Source of the DNA: Craspedostauros australis | Taxonomy: Eukaryota | Length of the DNA: 64,000 bases | Reading direction: 5' to 3' | Assembly (NCBI GenBank): GCA_030167865.1 | Contig: JALAGF010004429.1 | Coordinates: 62,001-126,000, forward strand | In this document: piece by piece, positions 48,602 to 60,039 of the stretch | Position numbering within the stretch: position 1 is the stretch's first letter | How the letters are laid out: every line of letters begins with the position of its first letter | Notes under the pieces: generated by a model | The model's database searches: none | What the model saw: the letters and a program-made list of their open reading frames with translations, nothing else | What the model was told of the DNA's origin: nothing | Position numbers and translations under genes: made by a program

Positions 48602-50248
48602 TCAGAAGTATGCTTCCGACGGGCGCTGCTCAGGGTACTCCTGCAATGCGGTCTTCCGAGCGCTGTGCTTTCGTGACGATGATGGCGGTAATCGTGACAC
48701 GACAGGTCGCTCCCTCGCCTTTTCAATCTCAATCACCGTCTTGATCACGGATACATCGGCTGCGTCGTTCGTCGCTCTTTTGCTCTCTCTTTCCGCTACG
48801 TTCCGCTCCGCTGCCTTTGCCATGAGCTTGCGGACATCCATCGGCAGCTGGTTTCGTATCCGAGCCTCAGCGATGAGCTTTTGCTGCGCGAGTTCGTGTG
48901 CGGCTCGCAGCGCCATGAGCTTGCTTTCGAATGTCCGTGAGAGTTTATGCAAATCTTGGATAAATTTGTTGTCGTGCGCCAGGTCTGGTTCCACGTCAAG
49001 CGCCGAGATGATTTGGTATCGTCCCGAATTGGGAGTGAAAAAGCCGCCGGATTGATCGTCTTGGACGGATGTGCTGGCATCTCCCACGGGCGATGCTCGA
49101 TCGCTGTCGTGGCCCTTGCTGTGAGAACCGATGGCGACAGTGTTGGAATGGTTGATGTCCACAGGGCTGGCTGTTGACGCAGAACGTGCTCCATCCGATC
49201 CGGATGTTCTGTCCGTTGTCTCCGTTCGCTCCTCCCGCATGTCGTCCCTTTTCTTGGCCTTCTTGAGGCGTTCCATCTTCCGTTTCATACGAGACATCAC
49301 GCGCCGTAGGGCCATGAGACCAGGTTCCTGGTGCCGTTCCGCCAACTTCCTGTATCTTGCATGCAGGTCAGCCGAAGGTGCTTCCGCGGCTTCTGGGTGC
49401 ATTGCACGGAGCGCCATGACCTCCTGCCGCACGAATGGATGTGCGCTGAGCAGCGCTGAATCCTGCCGCTGGTTGGGATCCTTCTGACAACAGCAACGTA
49501 CGAAGTCCAGCATCTCAGGCGACCAGTTGTCAGGATCGGCCAAGGTTGGAGCTGGTTTTGTGGGGATGACGAAGATTGCTCTCATGGGGTTGAGGTTGGA
49601 ATGCGGCGGTACGCCTTCCGCCAGTTCTATCGTTGTGATTCCGAGCGACCAAACATCGGCTCTGCCATCGTAGTGCGATTCTCGGATGACTTCTGGTGCC
49701 ATCCAGTACGGCGATCCAACTACAGTCTTGCGCTTGTTGATCGTGTTGGAGAGCTCAGCGGAAACACCAAAGTCGGCCAGCTTGACATGACCATCTTCCG
49801 TGAGCAGCACGTTTCCGCACTTGATATCTCTGTGACAAACATTGGCAACACCGTGCAGGTACTCCAACCCCAGAACGACGGATGCGCACACCACTCGGAT
49901 GCAGTCCTCCGGCAGCAGGTACCCCTGGCTGGCTTCGAGCAGATCGCTCATGCTGCCGAACTCACAGAACTCCATGACTATCCACATCTCCGCTGACTTC
50001 TGCTTCGTCGGGGGCATGATGTAACACTCGCAGTATCCGACGATGTAGTGCGAGTTGCACCGGCTGAGAATCTCAATCTCCCCCTTTATCTTCTCATCTT
50101 CGTTCGCTGACGAACTACCAATGTTGATAATCTTGACGGCGACTGTGGCGCCCGTCGGTCTGTGCTCTGCCTTGTACACCTCTCCGAAGGAACCTTCTCC
50201 AAGAGGATCTCCGAAGAGCAAGTCTCTCGATCGTTCGATGGATGCTTC
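48602..50248 (-). CDS. STE20-family Ser/Thr kinase, MST1/2 (Hippo/Krs)-like; 5' exon not resolved
   Basis: 'LGEGSFGEV', 'VAVK', 'HRDIKCGN', 'DFG', 'GSPYWMAPE', 'PMRAIFVIPTKPAPTL'; strong acceptor ttctgcag at 50249; C-terminal coiled coil. Confidence 0.9.
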   Translation of the reverse strand, partial: EASIERSRDLLFGDPLGEGSFGEVYKAEHRPTGATVAVKIINIGSSSANEDEKIKGEIEILSRCNSHYIVGYCECYIMPPTKQKSAEMWIVMEFCEFGSMSDLLEASQGYLLPEDCIRVVCASVVLGLEYLHGVANVCHRDIKCGNVLLTEDGHVKLADFGVSAELSNTINKRKTVVGSPYWMAPEVIRESHYDGRADVWSLGITTIELAEGVPPHSNLNPMRAIFVIPTKPAPTLADPDNWSPEMLDFVRCCCQKDPNQRQDSALLSAHPFVRQEVMALRAMHPEAAEAPSADLHARYRKLAERHQEPGLMALRRVMSRMKRKMERLKKAKKRDDMREERTETTDRTSGSDGARSASTASPVDINHSNTVAIGSHSKGHDSDRASPVGDASTSVQDDQSGGFFTPNSGRYQIISALDVEPDLAHDNKFIQDLHKLSRTFESKLMALRAAHELAQQKLIAEARIRNQLPMDVRKLMAKAAERNVAERESKRATNDAADVSVIKTVIEIEKARERPVVSRLPPSSSRKHSARKTALQEYPEQRPSEAYF

Positions 50249-51092
50249 CTGCAGAAGTGTGTTGGGAATGGTGTGTGTGAGAGGAGCCGAAGGAGTATAG
50301 ACGGGAAGGTGCATCGGACCGGTCACATGCACCACATGCACCACAAAGGTTCCGTGTGTGTCAAGGCAGCAGCGTTGTATGTGGTTCCGTGTTCACGATT
50401 CCATTGTGCGACGGTTGAGTTGAACGACAGGAATGAAAGACGACAACAACGACGACGATGATGTGAGAAAGGTGACGATGTAATGTGGTGTAATGTGATA
50501 TGTTGTGTTGCGACATGACGTGACGTGCAGGATGCTCGCAAGTATGGTGGGGTGCCTCGATGGACAAGTAGCTGCCTCGCTTGTTGGCCGCCGGGTTGTT
50601 CGGCTGCGTCCGTTCGCAGATCTCAGCTTCTCCCCCGACTCCAGCAGAGCACGGCGCATCATCGTGCGTCAGGAATCTCCATGAAAGCCCTGACATCGAG
50701 AAAGCGCAAATCTGCGAGCTTGCCGGCATGCGAGCGCTCTTGTGCACTGTGAACGAGGATCAAGCCAGAGGATCCGACGATTGGAGACCCATTGGATGGC
50801 ATACCGTAGATCGCCACACAATGACCTTCCTGCAACGCCCATCCATTTTGATGGGATTGAGCTGCAAACGCATGGAAGCCAGTTGATCAGAAGCAGCATG
50901 CACGATCGATGGCGCGATCACAAACAAGTCATACCCCTCGGCAGCCCACCACCGCGAAGGATGGTTGCAGTCGCAGTTGTAGTTGCAGCACTTACGGACA
51001 TGATGCTGCTGAATGGAACGTCGGAAGAGTGTGTGGAGAATGGCGTCGTGCTCTGCTCTGTGATCGCCGCAGTAGTCGCAGTAGTTGCAGGT

Positions 51093-51140
51093 GACGACTA
51101 CGATGACGACTACGATGACGACTACGATGACGACTACGAG
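51093..51140 (+). repeat. 12-bp minisatellite (GACGACTACGAT)x~4
   Basis: Directly visible tandem array upstream of the kinase. Confidence 0.85.
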
Positions 51141-52199
51141 GACGATGTCGATGATGATAGGGACGAAGTGCTCTATGCTCTCGTGCAGGTCGCACACCAC
51201 CGTCTTCGTCGTCAAATGATCACGTTGCTCCGGTTTTGCGTCGCGGGTTCGGTCGAACAACCAGGGCGGTTAAAGGTCTAATTGGGTCGTTGTGTCTCTC
51301 CGCAGGGTGAATGGTGGACGGTTGGTCGGTTCGTGAGCTCTTTCCGTGTTGAATCGTCGGTACTTGCTGGAGGAATCCGCTCTCGCCCTTTTGTGCGTGT
51401 GCGTTATGTCGTTGGGCGGAGTCGAGCAGACGTTAATGTTGTGTTCACGGAGGGCCAAGTGTGGTTTGGTGCGTGGCTGTGCACAAACAGCGCGCGGCGA
51501 GCGCACATGGAAGTAGGCCACGAGTTGGAAAGCACAGTCACGACAACACAACAACAACAACGACCACAGATGACAACGCGACAACAGACACGCAAAAGAG
51601 CGAAGAAAAAAAGGCAACAAAAGAAGGGCTTCGTAGACAATCAGGTCTTGTTTGTGCGTGACTGGGTTCAAAGCTGAAGAATGATTCATCCGACTGCCAT
51701 CTGTCCAACAAATTGAGTCGTGATTGGGGATCTCCGTCTCCCGAACTCTACAAGTTCTGGCACCGAAACTGCATTTGGTGGTGTGTTGTTGTTGTTGTTG
51801 TTGTTGGTTCCTCCCTTGTCGTTCTTCTCCTTGTTTGTTTTGTCTAATGTTATTTTCATGGATCATGAACTATGGTATGGCGGGGGCTTGCTTGATCTCA
51901 GCCTCATCGCACATCACCGTTGCTGACATCACCATTGATGCAGCGGGGTCGTTCTGGGCTGCACGACCGGGCGGTCATGAACATGTGATGTGCGTCTTTT
52001 TGTGTGCGCCTCTGCGCAAGCTGCCCTATGTCCTTTTCTGCGGGTCCACGATGACCCGACTTGTCACTGGCGGCTTCTTTGCCGCTATCGCCGTTGTCGT
52101 TGTTGTGGCTGCTGTTGAAAATGGCCTCGCCTTGGTCGCAGTTTGAATTTGTGAGTTCTGTGTGTTTGTCGTACTCAAGGCATTGTTCTTCCCAAGTGC

Positions 52200-54314
52200 T
52201 TAGAATGTCACCGAGAGTGGTTCGAAATCGGCAACAGACGCCGGTGATGGCGGCTGCTTCACAGCAAACCAATCGTCGCCGACCCTGCTGTGGCCGCTGC
52301 GGACTGCAGCATCATTCTCCGTGCTGTGTTTGCTGATTGATCTGGCCGATGGTGCCGGCAACGGTGTATCCGTATCTGACTCCATCGCCCCCTGCCCTTG
52401 CGTTGGTGCCGAATCGTGTTGCTGACGTTGGTAGTGTTGTTGTGCGATGGTCGCCCTCTGCTTGCGTCGCAATGATGGCGACACGCGCGGATTGACGCTC
52501 TTCGAACTCATGCATGGCGACGCCGCGGTGGCCCTTGCAAGTGCCAGGGTCTTGGCCCTACCAGGTTTGCTCTGTGCAGGAACTGGCAGCCCTGTCTGCT
52601 GAGGTTCGGGTGTTGCAGGACTATATCCGGTAAACGCCGCGAATGGGTTGGGCACGGCAGAGGCTTCGCCGAAATGGAAGCTTTGAAAGTCAGTCCAACT
52701 GGTTTCCGCCTCCCCCGCTGCGTTCGAGGACTTGGCCGTGGTCGCGCCAATCTCGCCACATTCGTTACTTCCATCAAAGGGTGCAGCGCCAGCGCTCGTG
52801 GTCTTATCATCCATCTGCGAGACATTCGACTTCGTCGTTGTTCCAGTTGAATTGGAAACAACACGACCATCGTCACTTGTGGCCTGTGCCTGTGCCGGTG
52901 CTGTCGCTGCAGCTGCAACTGCCGAGACCGGTTCGGAAAAGGGTTGGAAGAAGTTCGTCGCTGGGGATTGCCATTCCATGTCATCAAACGTGGACTGCAG
53001 ATCGTCAAACTGATCACCGAACGTCGTACTTGGAGCTGCTTCAGCGATGGTCTCCGGCGTCGGCTGCGTGCGAGCAAGTGCCTTGGCGCTTGATGCGGCA
53101 TCAGATGACATGCGCTCATTCATGGTGGATATGTTGGATGCATTTGGTGTTGAAAATCCAGATCCATCCGATGATGGATCATCGATCTTTGATTGGGCGT
53201 TGCGCTCCTCCTCTTCTGCTGTTGGAGGGTCGGCCTTGACGTTTGGTTGTGCCGTCTGGACCAGAGTATCCGTAAGGTCTGGAGCTGCCTTCGATTCCTC
53301 TCTTGGCGTGGAAGCTTGGTCCTTCGTTTCGACGTCCTTGTTGAACAAAGTGTTGCTGTTTGTCGTCGGGCGGTTCTGCTTTGTGAGGACTTGCATGCTG
53401 TTCGCAGTGTTGACCGGCGAGATACCGGCGTGTTTCGTGACACTTTTCAGCACAGAACTGTCCATGAGATTCTTCGATGCCTCCATGATCAGATCATTCA
53501 AGATGAAGTCCGCACCGATCGCTTTCGCATCCTCAACCTCGTCGGTTGCTACAATCGTTGACGCCATTGCCGATACAGCATCGTCGAATCCATTGTTGAC
53601 GCTGGCGCTGATACCGATGCTGGTGTTGCCTCCGTTGACGGCGTCGTCGATCAGGAAATGGGCATTGCCTTTGTCCGATGCCGCAGTTTCGAGGATCGCC
53701 TGGCTGATCTCACGTTCCAGGCTCTCACCTCGGACCCTGTGCTGCCTTTGGCGTCGTCGGAGGCTCTTGGATCTGCATCTGCCGGTGCGAGGTCTTGTAT
53801 TTCGTGCATCCGGGTTTGCCGCGGTGACGAGCAGCTGGATCTGATCAAGTTGCTTGGCTTGTTTGGCGCTGCTCTTGCTTCCGGTTTTGCGGTTGCTTGG
53901 GTTGCCGTCGACGAAGCTCACTGTCGGGCTGCCATTGCGAGTTTTGTCACGGTTCGTGTTCTGCATCGTGGGTGTCATCTGAGATTGATTGGTAGTGTTT
54001 GTGGTCGATACATAACCGCTGTCATGCAGGTTCAGATCGCCTTGCTTGTGTGTCTGCTTTCGTTTCTGCTTCGATGTCAAGGGCTCCTGCAGGTATTGGA
54101 TCGCTTCATCTGGGTCGAGTATCGACGAGGTGACGGACCTGTTATCCATATTGTGAACGCTGTTGCCGTCTCCGTAGTCAGATTGGTGCTGGTGCTGGTG
54201 ATGTACGTTGGTTGTTGCCGCGTCTTCCGGCATGGAGAAGACTGCACGAGTTGCACCCATGGTCGAGTCTCCATCTTGTGGAGTTGGTGATGGGCTCATC
54301 ATTGCTGCGGCCAT
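52200..54314 (-). CDS. Intrinsically disordered hypothetical protein, ~704 aa
   Basis: 2.1-kb uninterrupted ORF, S/T/A/D-rich, with WxxF/NPF-like motifs in the C-terminal half. Confidence 0.7.
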   Translation of the reverse strand: MAAAMMSPSPTPQDGDSTMGATRAVFSMPEDAATTNVHHQHQHQSDYGDGNSVHNMDNRSVTSSILDPDEAIQYLQEPLTSKQKRKQTHKQGDLNLHDSGYVSTTNTTNQSQMTPTMQNTNRDKTRNGSPTVSFVDGNPSNRKTGSKSSAKQAKQLDQIQLLVTAANPDARNTRPRTGRCRSKSLRRRQRQHRVRGESLEREISQAILETAASDKGNAHFLIDDAVNGGNTSIGISASVNNGFDDAVSAMASTIVATDEVEDAKAIGADFILNDLIMEASKNLMDSSVLKSVTKHAGISPVNTANSMQVLTKQNRPTTNSNTLFNKDVETKDQASTPREESKAAPDLTDTLVQTAQPNVKADPPTAEEEERNAQSKIDDPSSDGSGFSTPNASNISTMNERMSSDAASSAKALARTQPTPETIAEAAPSTTFGDQFDDLQSTFDDMEWQSPATNFFQPFSEPVSAVAAAATAPAQAQATSDDGRVVSNSTGTTTKSNVSQMDDKTTSAGAAPFDGSNECGEIGATTAKSSNAAGEAETSWTDFQSFHFGEASAVPNPFAAFTGYSPATPEPQQTGLPVPAQSKPGRAKTLALARATAASPCMSSKSVNPRVSPSLRRKQRATIAQQHYQRQQHDSAPTQGQGAMESDTDTPLPAPSARSISKHSTENDAAVRSGHSRVGDDWFAVKQPPSPASVADFEPLSVTF

Positions 54315-55370
54315 CCTTGCTGCCGGCGTTGTCTCCCGTGCGTCTCCCACGACGAATCGATCACGCGTGAACGCAGAGAACGAGGAGGAGGAGGCTGTTT
54401 TCCGTTGACTCTCTTTGCCGTCTCCCGCGAAGTATCAGGCTTCCAGTCGCCTCTCTTTGATCTGACTCTAGTCGCACCGTTGGAGTGTATAGTATAGTAC
54501 CAATAGTGATGGAGTATGGTGCGTATGGTGTGGGTGGCAGAGCAATGCGTTCGCTGATCTTCGGACCGTTAGTCTCCCAAAGAGACGTTGGATACTGTCT
54601 CGTCTCGTCTCGTCCCGTCCCTTCCCGTCTCCTGTTGTATCGTGTCAACTCTTGAGTCTGGATGCGATGACACAACACTTGCAGAACTATTCAGGTATAG
54701 CAGCGTGGCGGGTACTCAACGAGTGTGTAGTCGTATGGCACCTATCTCCGTCACTGTCTCCTCGTGTCTCCAGCAGGAAGCTGGACGGTTGATGGTCTCT
54801 TTATGCGCGGCATGTTGTGTGACTTCAGTTCTTGCACACTTCCTCCAATACTCATGATTTCCATTCGCCACATTGTTTCGCGCGACAGAGATCGGCATCA
54901 CTTGCATGTGTGTGAAAATGTCATGGCGGCGTTTTTGGCGGCAGGAAATTGTGTGTGAGTTGATACAACAACGGAGAAGAGATGGCGACAGAGACATCGA
55001 GTCACGTGAAGGTCTGAAATTTCTGTCGCTGATGGACAGATGAGGCCATTCGTCATGTCGCATTGCCGATTTCTCAAAATTTTCATCCGAGTTCACGTTT
55101 CGTAGCGCAGCCACTGATGGATATGTATCGGTAACTACACACGCATGATAAATGATTCGGATAAACGGACAGTGGCGCACATCTCTGACGACGGCCAGAT
55201 GAATCAAAGATATTATCCACGACTCCGAAAAGTCTACGTGAGCGTGTCGCCTAGTTCCTAAACGCGTGATGGACGACGAAACAGATGGCGTGTAGAAACA
55301 CGCTCGTACTCTCGAGGAGCATAGTAGTACTTGTATGCAAGTGTCAATGAAGTATCGCCTATCTCTCACC

Positions 55371-56522
55371 TCACACCTTCGGTGCTGGCTGAATATTGAT
55401 GCGAGCCCTCAAATCCGCCAACGGAGTATCGAATTCGTTCTCATAGTACACGTTCATCAGGCCTGTCGTCATTCCGCTGGATTGTTCATGCGCCCAGGGT
55501 AGATACTGATCTGTCAGGATGCGCCGCTCTGCTGCGTTGAGACGTAGAGAACCGACTGTGGATGACAGCGCTGCGATGGGCAAACCTGTTTGGAAGAGCT
55601 CCAGCCATTTCAACCCCAGCTCTCCCAGCACGGTCGGAGGCAAGCCTGTGAGTGCGTGCCAATAATCGTGGCACTGGTGGGTGAGCGGAACGTTGTTTGT
55701 GCGAGTGTGGAAAGGCAAGGCGCGGTACGTTGAGTTGAGTAAAAAGATTGAGTCGAGAGGATATGCTTCATTTCACGGTTCGCACATGACATACACATGC
55801 CGTACGGGCAAACAGTCAACCAGTCGCCATATCCTCACCTGCCTGTACCTGAGCATGACATACGCAAGCTCTTCGTCCTCAACGTAACGAACTTCAGCCC
55901 GTTCATCTGGATCATAATCATGCGACGCAAGGAAGATGCCGTATGCCTGCCCGAAAGTAATGTCATCTGCTTGCATTTTGTTCCCATGCAAATGACCATT
56001 GATGCTTGCTACAACATTGGGATCCTCCGCGAGAATGCGTTTGCCTTCCTGCATGAATTCTTCAACAGGGATGGTGTCTTTGCTGACGATGGGCCGATCG
56101 ATCAATACGCGTTTGCCGTCCGGGTGCGCCATCATCTCGTCACGCAATCGTTTCAACGTAGTGGCACCAGTGACATCGCCCAATGCTGCAACAGCATCGC
56201 CCCTGATGGGATCATTGAACGCCGTCACCGCGGAATGTAGTGCGATGGAGACCCGCCTGGCAATGATTGATGAGACGCTCGTCCCGTTGTCCGGCCGAGG
56301 CTGTCCGTAGAATGGGATGTCCGACGATGGTGGCAGTGTCGCTGACGTTGGCGATGCTACTCCTTCTGCTGTTGTCGAGCTGGAGCTTGCAAGTCTGCGA
56401 GAAGCTGGCACCTCCAAGATGAGATGGTTGGCTTGTGCCTCATTCGTTCTGGCCCCAACGCACACAGGAAGGATGGAACTGCGTTGAGTACTTCGGGCAC
56501 ACCGAAGAACCGTTCGATGCAT
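55371..56522 (-). CDS. COQ4: Ubiquinone biosynthesis protein COQ4, mitochondrial; 2 exons (56522-55839, 55673-55371), ~328 aa
   Basis: Arg-rich presequence; 'DPIRGDAVAALGD', 'TFGQAY', 'YVMLRYRQ|CHDYWHAL...GELGLKWLELFQTGLP', 'NVYYE'. Confidence 0.93.
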
Positions 56523-57107
56523 GATGATCGTGGGTGCGAAACTTGCGCAACTTGCGTAACGTAAGTACAATGCTTGTGATGTTGTATTCACAACCCTGTG
56601 TTTGGATGTGAATGATCACGAGCGATGGTTCGAACGTGGCCTCTCGTGTTGTTGTATTTCCCTCGGCAGAAGGTACCAGCACAAGGACTCTGCCGCAACC
56701 GAACACCAATACGATCATCGCTGGCATCGCCACTGCCTCCATCATTGCCAAACACGTCCCCCACCACTGTTGTGTTGCGGAGAACGCAAACAAAAGAGAA
56801 CAGAAAATCAAAGATCCACGCTTCACCGCGAACGTTGATGTGCATCCGACTCATTCGACCAACGACGCAAACCCAACCAAACGAAACGAGCCACCGCGTT
56901 CCGTCAAGGCTGCTGGACGGACACGCATCTGACTGCTCCAATGATGCCAAATACAAAGTCTTGATAGCCACAAGCATACTATACGTCGGATGCCTGATAC
57001 CCCACCAACGAGGGCGACATCAAGCAACATCAAGCAGCATCGGTTGTGAGGACTGCGTTGAATGCGCCAGCTCGTATACAACCAACCGACCAACCCATTG
57101 CATCAGC

Positions 57108-59765
57108 ATGGAGACAGTGCAAGGTGCTGACAATGAGGGCGGGGAGTACAAGGACGATCACATCGTTAGAAATAGCGATGACAATCAGGACGTTCGTGCC
57201 ACTGTCGGCGTGGACGGTGGAGCAATCAGCGAAAGCATGAGACCTAGCGGTCAAGGAGCAGGCCCGCAAAAGCCGGGGTCGTCATCGCAATTGGACGAGG
57301 CAAGGATCGCGAAGGCTGCGCGGTTTTGGCATCACCCGTCTTTGCGTGACGTGCCCTTGGAGCAGAAGAGGGCCTATCTTCGTCATCAAGGTGTCACGGA
57401 GGCAGAGATTTACAACGCTTGGGATCGCATCGTTGAATCAAGTGTCGATCAAGGCATGGGCACGAACATAGACGGAAGTGGGGTTGCGAACACGCGGTCG
57501 ACGATTGGTGCAGCCAAGCTGGATTCAAACTTGGGCCAAACGCAGGCTCTATCGTCTCAGCGAGAAGGACCTCCCCACGCCAATGCCATCAATGCACCAG
57601 CGCAAGCAACGGCAGCAACGATCACAGCAAATGACGCACGATACGGCAATCTTCCTTCTAGCATGCATCCCAATACATCGCAATTTGGCATACCCAATCA
57701 GGGAGCTCATCCTTACCAACAGTCGTCGTCCCCTTACTCTTACAACCCCTCACTTTACAGCCAGGCGGGAATGAATCATTTCAACGGAGATGATGGCGAC
57801 GATGACTACGCATTGACCTTGACAAAGGGAACGACACTTGTCGCGGTCGGGAGCTTTGTTGGATTGTGCGCCGCTGCATCCGTGCGATGGTTGAATGGAG
57901 GCGACTTCACCATCTTTCCACCTCCTACACGACGTAGCCTCAAAAGTAGCGGTGCAGACCAATCACGACAGCAGCAGCAGCAGCAGCAACGTAAGGACCA
58001 GCAAAGGGTTGGAGATCAGCTTGTATCGGATGACGATAGCAGTGAAGACGGTGATGGTTTTGGTGGAAACGCTATGGACCATCTCAAGCATGAGCAACAA
58101 ACCAACACTGGCGATCGTGACGAAGCAATCGAATTCACAAGTGATACTTCTGGTGCCATCCAACGATCAATCGCAGGAACGATATCGACGCCGGGTGCGC
58201 CAACTGATGCATCTGCCACCATGCTCAGCGAGATGCGCAGCTTGTCCACCGCATTGCAGTCGCATCTCATACTTCAAGAAAGCATTTTGAACAAGCTGAC
58301 AGCCGCCAAGGCATCGGACCTCACCGACAAGTCCATGGACGTCCTCAAATCGATCCCAACAACTTCAAACTCGGATGAAAGCGCCGAAAGCGATGCCTCA
58401 AGCGCTAGCTCGCAGCTTCAATTGCAGCTGCAACTGCAAACCCAGATGAGACTGCAGATGATTTGGGCTGAATTGATTGAAATCAAGACGCAATTGCACC
58501 TTTCATCATCGAAGGCTGCTGCCACATCCGACGCGAATGCCAACAGCACCCTCGACATTGATGACGTTGATGAAAACAACACGAATGGGAATGAACAAGT
58601 TGCTTCGACGCTCACAAAACTCAACAAATGTCTTGCTATGCTCGAGACTTCCGTCACGACATCGCCAATGGACCTGAATCCGAAAGACTCTGCCACGGCA
58701 TTGTTCGCACGCAATGCCCCCTCTTCGAATGGACCAAGCCCTACTATCGCAAATGCGGTATCAACGCCAGCAGCGCCGAACGACGCTGATGCATTGAAAA
58801 CGCCAGCATCTAGGCGGTCTGTCGCTTTCGTGCAAGACAAGGCCTCCGCAGATGTTCCGTCCGGCGATTCTCATGGATCAGCGTCGTCACAATCGTCCGC
58901 GATGGAAGCAGACGGAGATGTCGCGGCTCCGCGATCAATTCCTGATTGCTTTCGCGCAATCGTGAAGGAAAATGAACTGGCTGCCATCAAAGCCGCCTGC
59001 CAATTACTGTACCTGTACATCATCAACTTGTCCGCCAATCCAACCAACTCGAGATACAGAAAAATCTTCACCACCAATGAGAGCTTCCAGAAGGTGAAAG
59101 ACCTGAATGGTGGCACGGATCTTTTGATCGCCATTGGTTTCGAAGCCCACGGAAGCTACTTTTTGTGGCCAAAAGAAGGGAACCACGATGAGTCAACCAA
59201 AACGTTGCTGTCCAGCGTATCCAAAGCATTGAACACTCTGAAATCGCCTACAGCAGCGTCACCAACCGAATCGCGCGATGACATATTGCAGACTGTGTTG
59301 CAACCGATGGCGGCTCTCACAGAAGCTGGGATTGAAATTCACAAGCCGGATCAGCAGCAGGCCAACGGACGGGCGCCCAACACCCGTGGCAGCACCGACG
59401 ATGGTTCCAGGCAGCAAGAGCAGCGGCATCCAAATGCCAATGGCACTCCTGCGCCAGTAATCAATCAGGATCTGGCCTTTCCAGCATACGATCAGACTCC
59501 GCTTGGAACACAGTTGATGTCCCCACCCACCACGAAGAAGCATCCGTACGTACCGCCCTCGGAAAGCCCACAGGTGTCCAGCTGGAGCGGTGCCTACCTC
59601 AACGCTTTGTCGCGTGGCGAAGATGACGCTGCTGCGGGTGATTCAGCAACTAACAATTCTCCCAACAAAAGGGAGCACGATGGAGTGATCCAGGAGATTG
59701 ATGAAGCCGAAGAGGAAGGCGGCGACACAAGCAATGATGAAAAAGAAACTGTTCCATCCAATTGA
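57108..59765 (+). CDS. Pex14 N-terminal domain + TM + coiled coil + PUB domain protein, ~885 aa
   Basis: 'RIAKAARFWHHPSLRDVPLEQKRAYLRHQGVTEAEI' (Pex14_N pattern); hydrophobic 'LVAVGSFVGLCAAASV'; 'LLYLYIINLSANPTNSRYRKIFTTNESF...GGTDLLIAIGF' (PUB pattern). Confidence 0.85.
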   Translation: METVQGADNEGGEYKDDHIVRNSDDNQDVRATVGVDGGAISESMRPSGQGAGPQKPGSSSQLDEARIAKAARFWHHPSLRDVPLEQKRAYLRHQGVTEAEIYNAWDRIVESSVDQGMGTNIDGSGVANTRSTIGAAKLDSNLGQTQALSSQREGPPHANAINAPAQATAATITANDARYGNLPSSMHPNTSQFGIPNQGAHPYQQSSSPYSYNPSLYSQAGMNHFNGDDGDDDYALTLTKGTTLVAVGSFVGLCAAASVRWLNGGDFTIFPPPTRRSLKSSGADQSRQQQQQQQRKDQQRVGDQLVSDDDSSEDGDGFGGNAMDHLKHEQQTNTGDRDEAIEFTSDTSGAIQRSIAGTISTPGAPTDASATMLSEMRSLSTALQSHLILQESILNKLTAAKASDLTDKSMDVLKSIPTTSNSDESAESDASSASSQLQLQLQLQTQMRLQMIWAELIEIKTQLHLSSSKAAATSDANANSTLDIDDVDENNTNGNEQVASTLTKLNKCLAMLETSVTTSPMDLNPKDSATALFARNAPSSNGPSPTIANAVSTPAAPNDADALKTPASRRSVAFVQDKASADVPSGDSHGSASSQSSAMEADGDVAAPRSIPDCFRAIVKENELAAIKAACQLLYLYIINLSANPTNSRYRKIFTTNESFQKVKDLNGGTDLLIAIGFEAHGSYFLWPKEGNHDESTKTLLSSVSKALNTLKSPTAASPTESRDDILQTVLQPMAALTEAGIEIHKPDQQQANGRAPNTRGSTDDGSRQQEQRHPNANGTPAPVINQDLAFPAYDQTPLGTQLMSPPTTKKHPYVPPSESPQVSSWSGAYLNALSRGEDDAAAGDSATNNSPNKREHDGVIQEIDEAEEEGGDTSNDEKETVPSN

Positions 59766-60039
59766 TCGGACCACGTGCTGCGATTGGATCTATGCTCATG
59801 ATCGTCACGTTTCCTTTGCGTCGTTTCACGGAAGTCCTGTATTCTCTTCAACTCAAGTGTGAAGAAGCACGAGTGCAAGCAAGAGATGCTTTGAGTTGCA
59901 TCATAACCAATTCTATTAAAATTATCTTCCCCTTCCAATTTTCATACGCGATCGTGCCATATCCGTACTCATATGTTGCTTGGACCGTCTATGTTCGGCA
60001 ACTCCCACGCCCACGCTACAGCACCCCCTAACTCGAGTG

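Noticed and set aside
51093-51140. Short tandem arrays as possible CRISPR or telomeric repeats
   Set aside because: Contiguous simple repeats without spacers or cas genes; not TTAGGG-like.
56625-57107. 161-codon upstream extension of the Pex14-PUB ORF
   Set aside because: Starts at a non-ATG codon and spans the spacer shared with COQ4; ATG 57108 is preferred.
2073-59765. Apparent ubiquitin/p97 cluster (Derlin, RING-like, USP, PUB)
   Set aside because: The genes are scattered over 57 kb, act in different compartments, and belong to common eukaryotic families.
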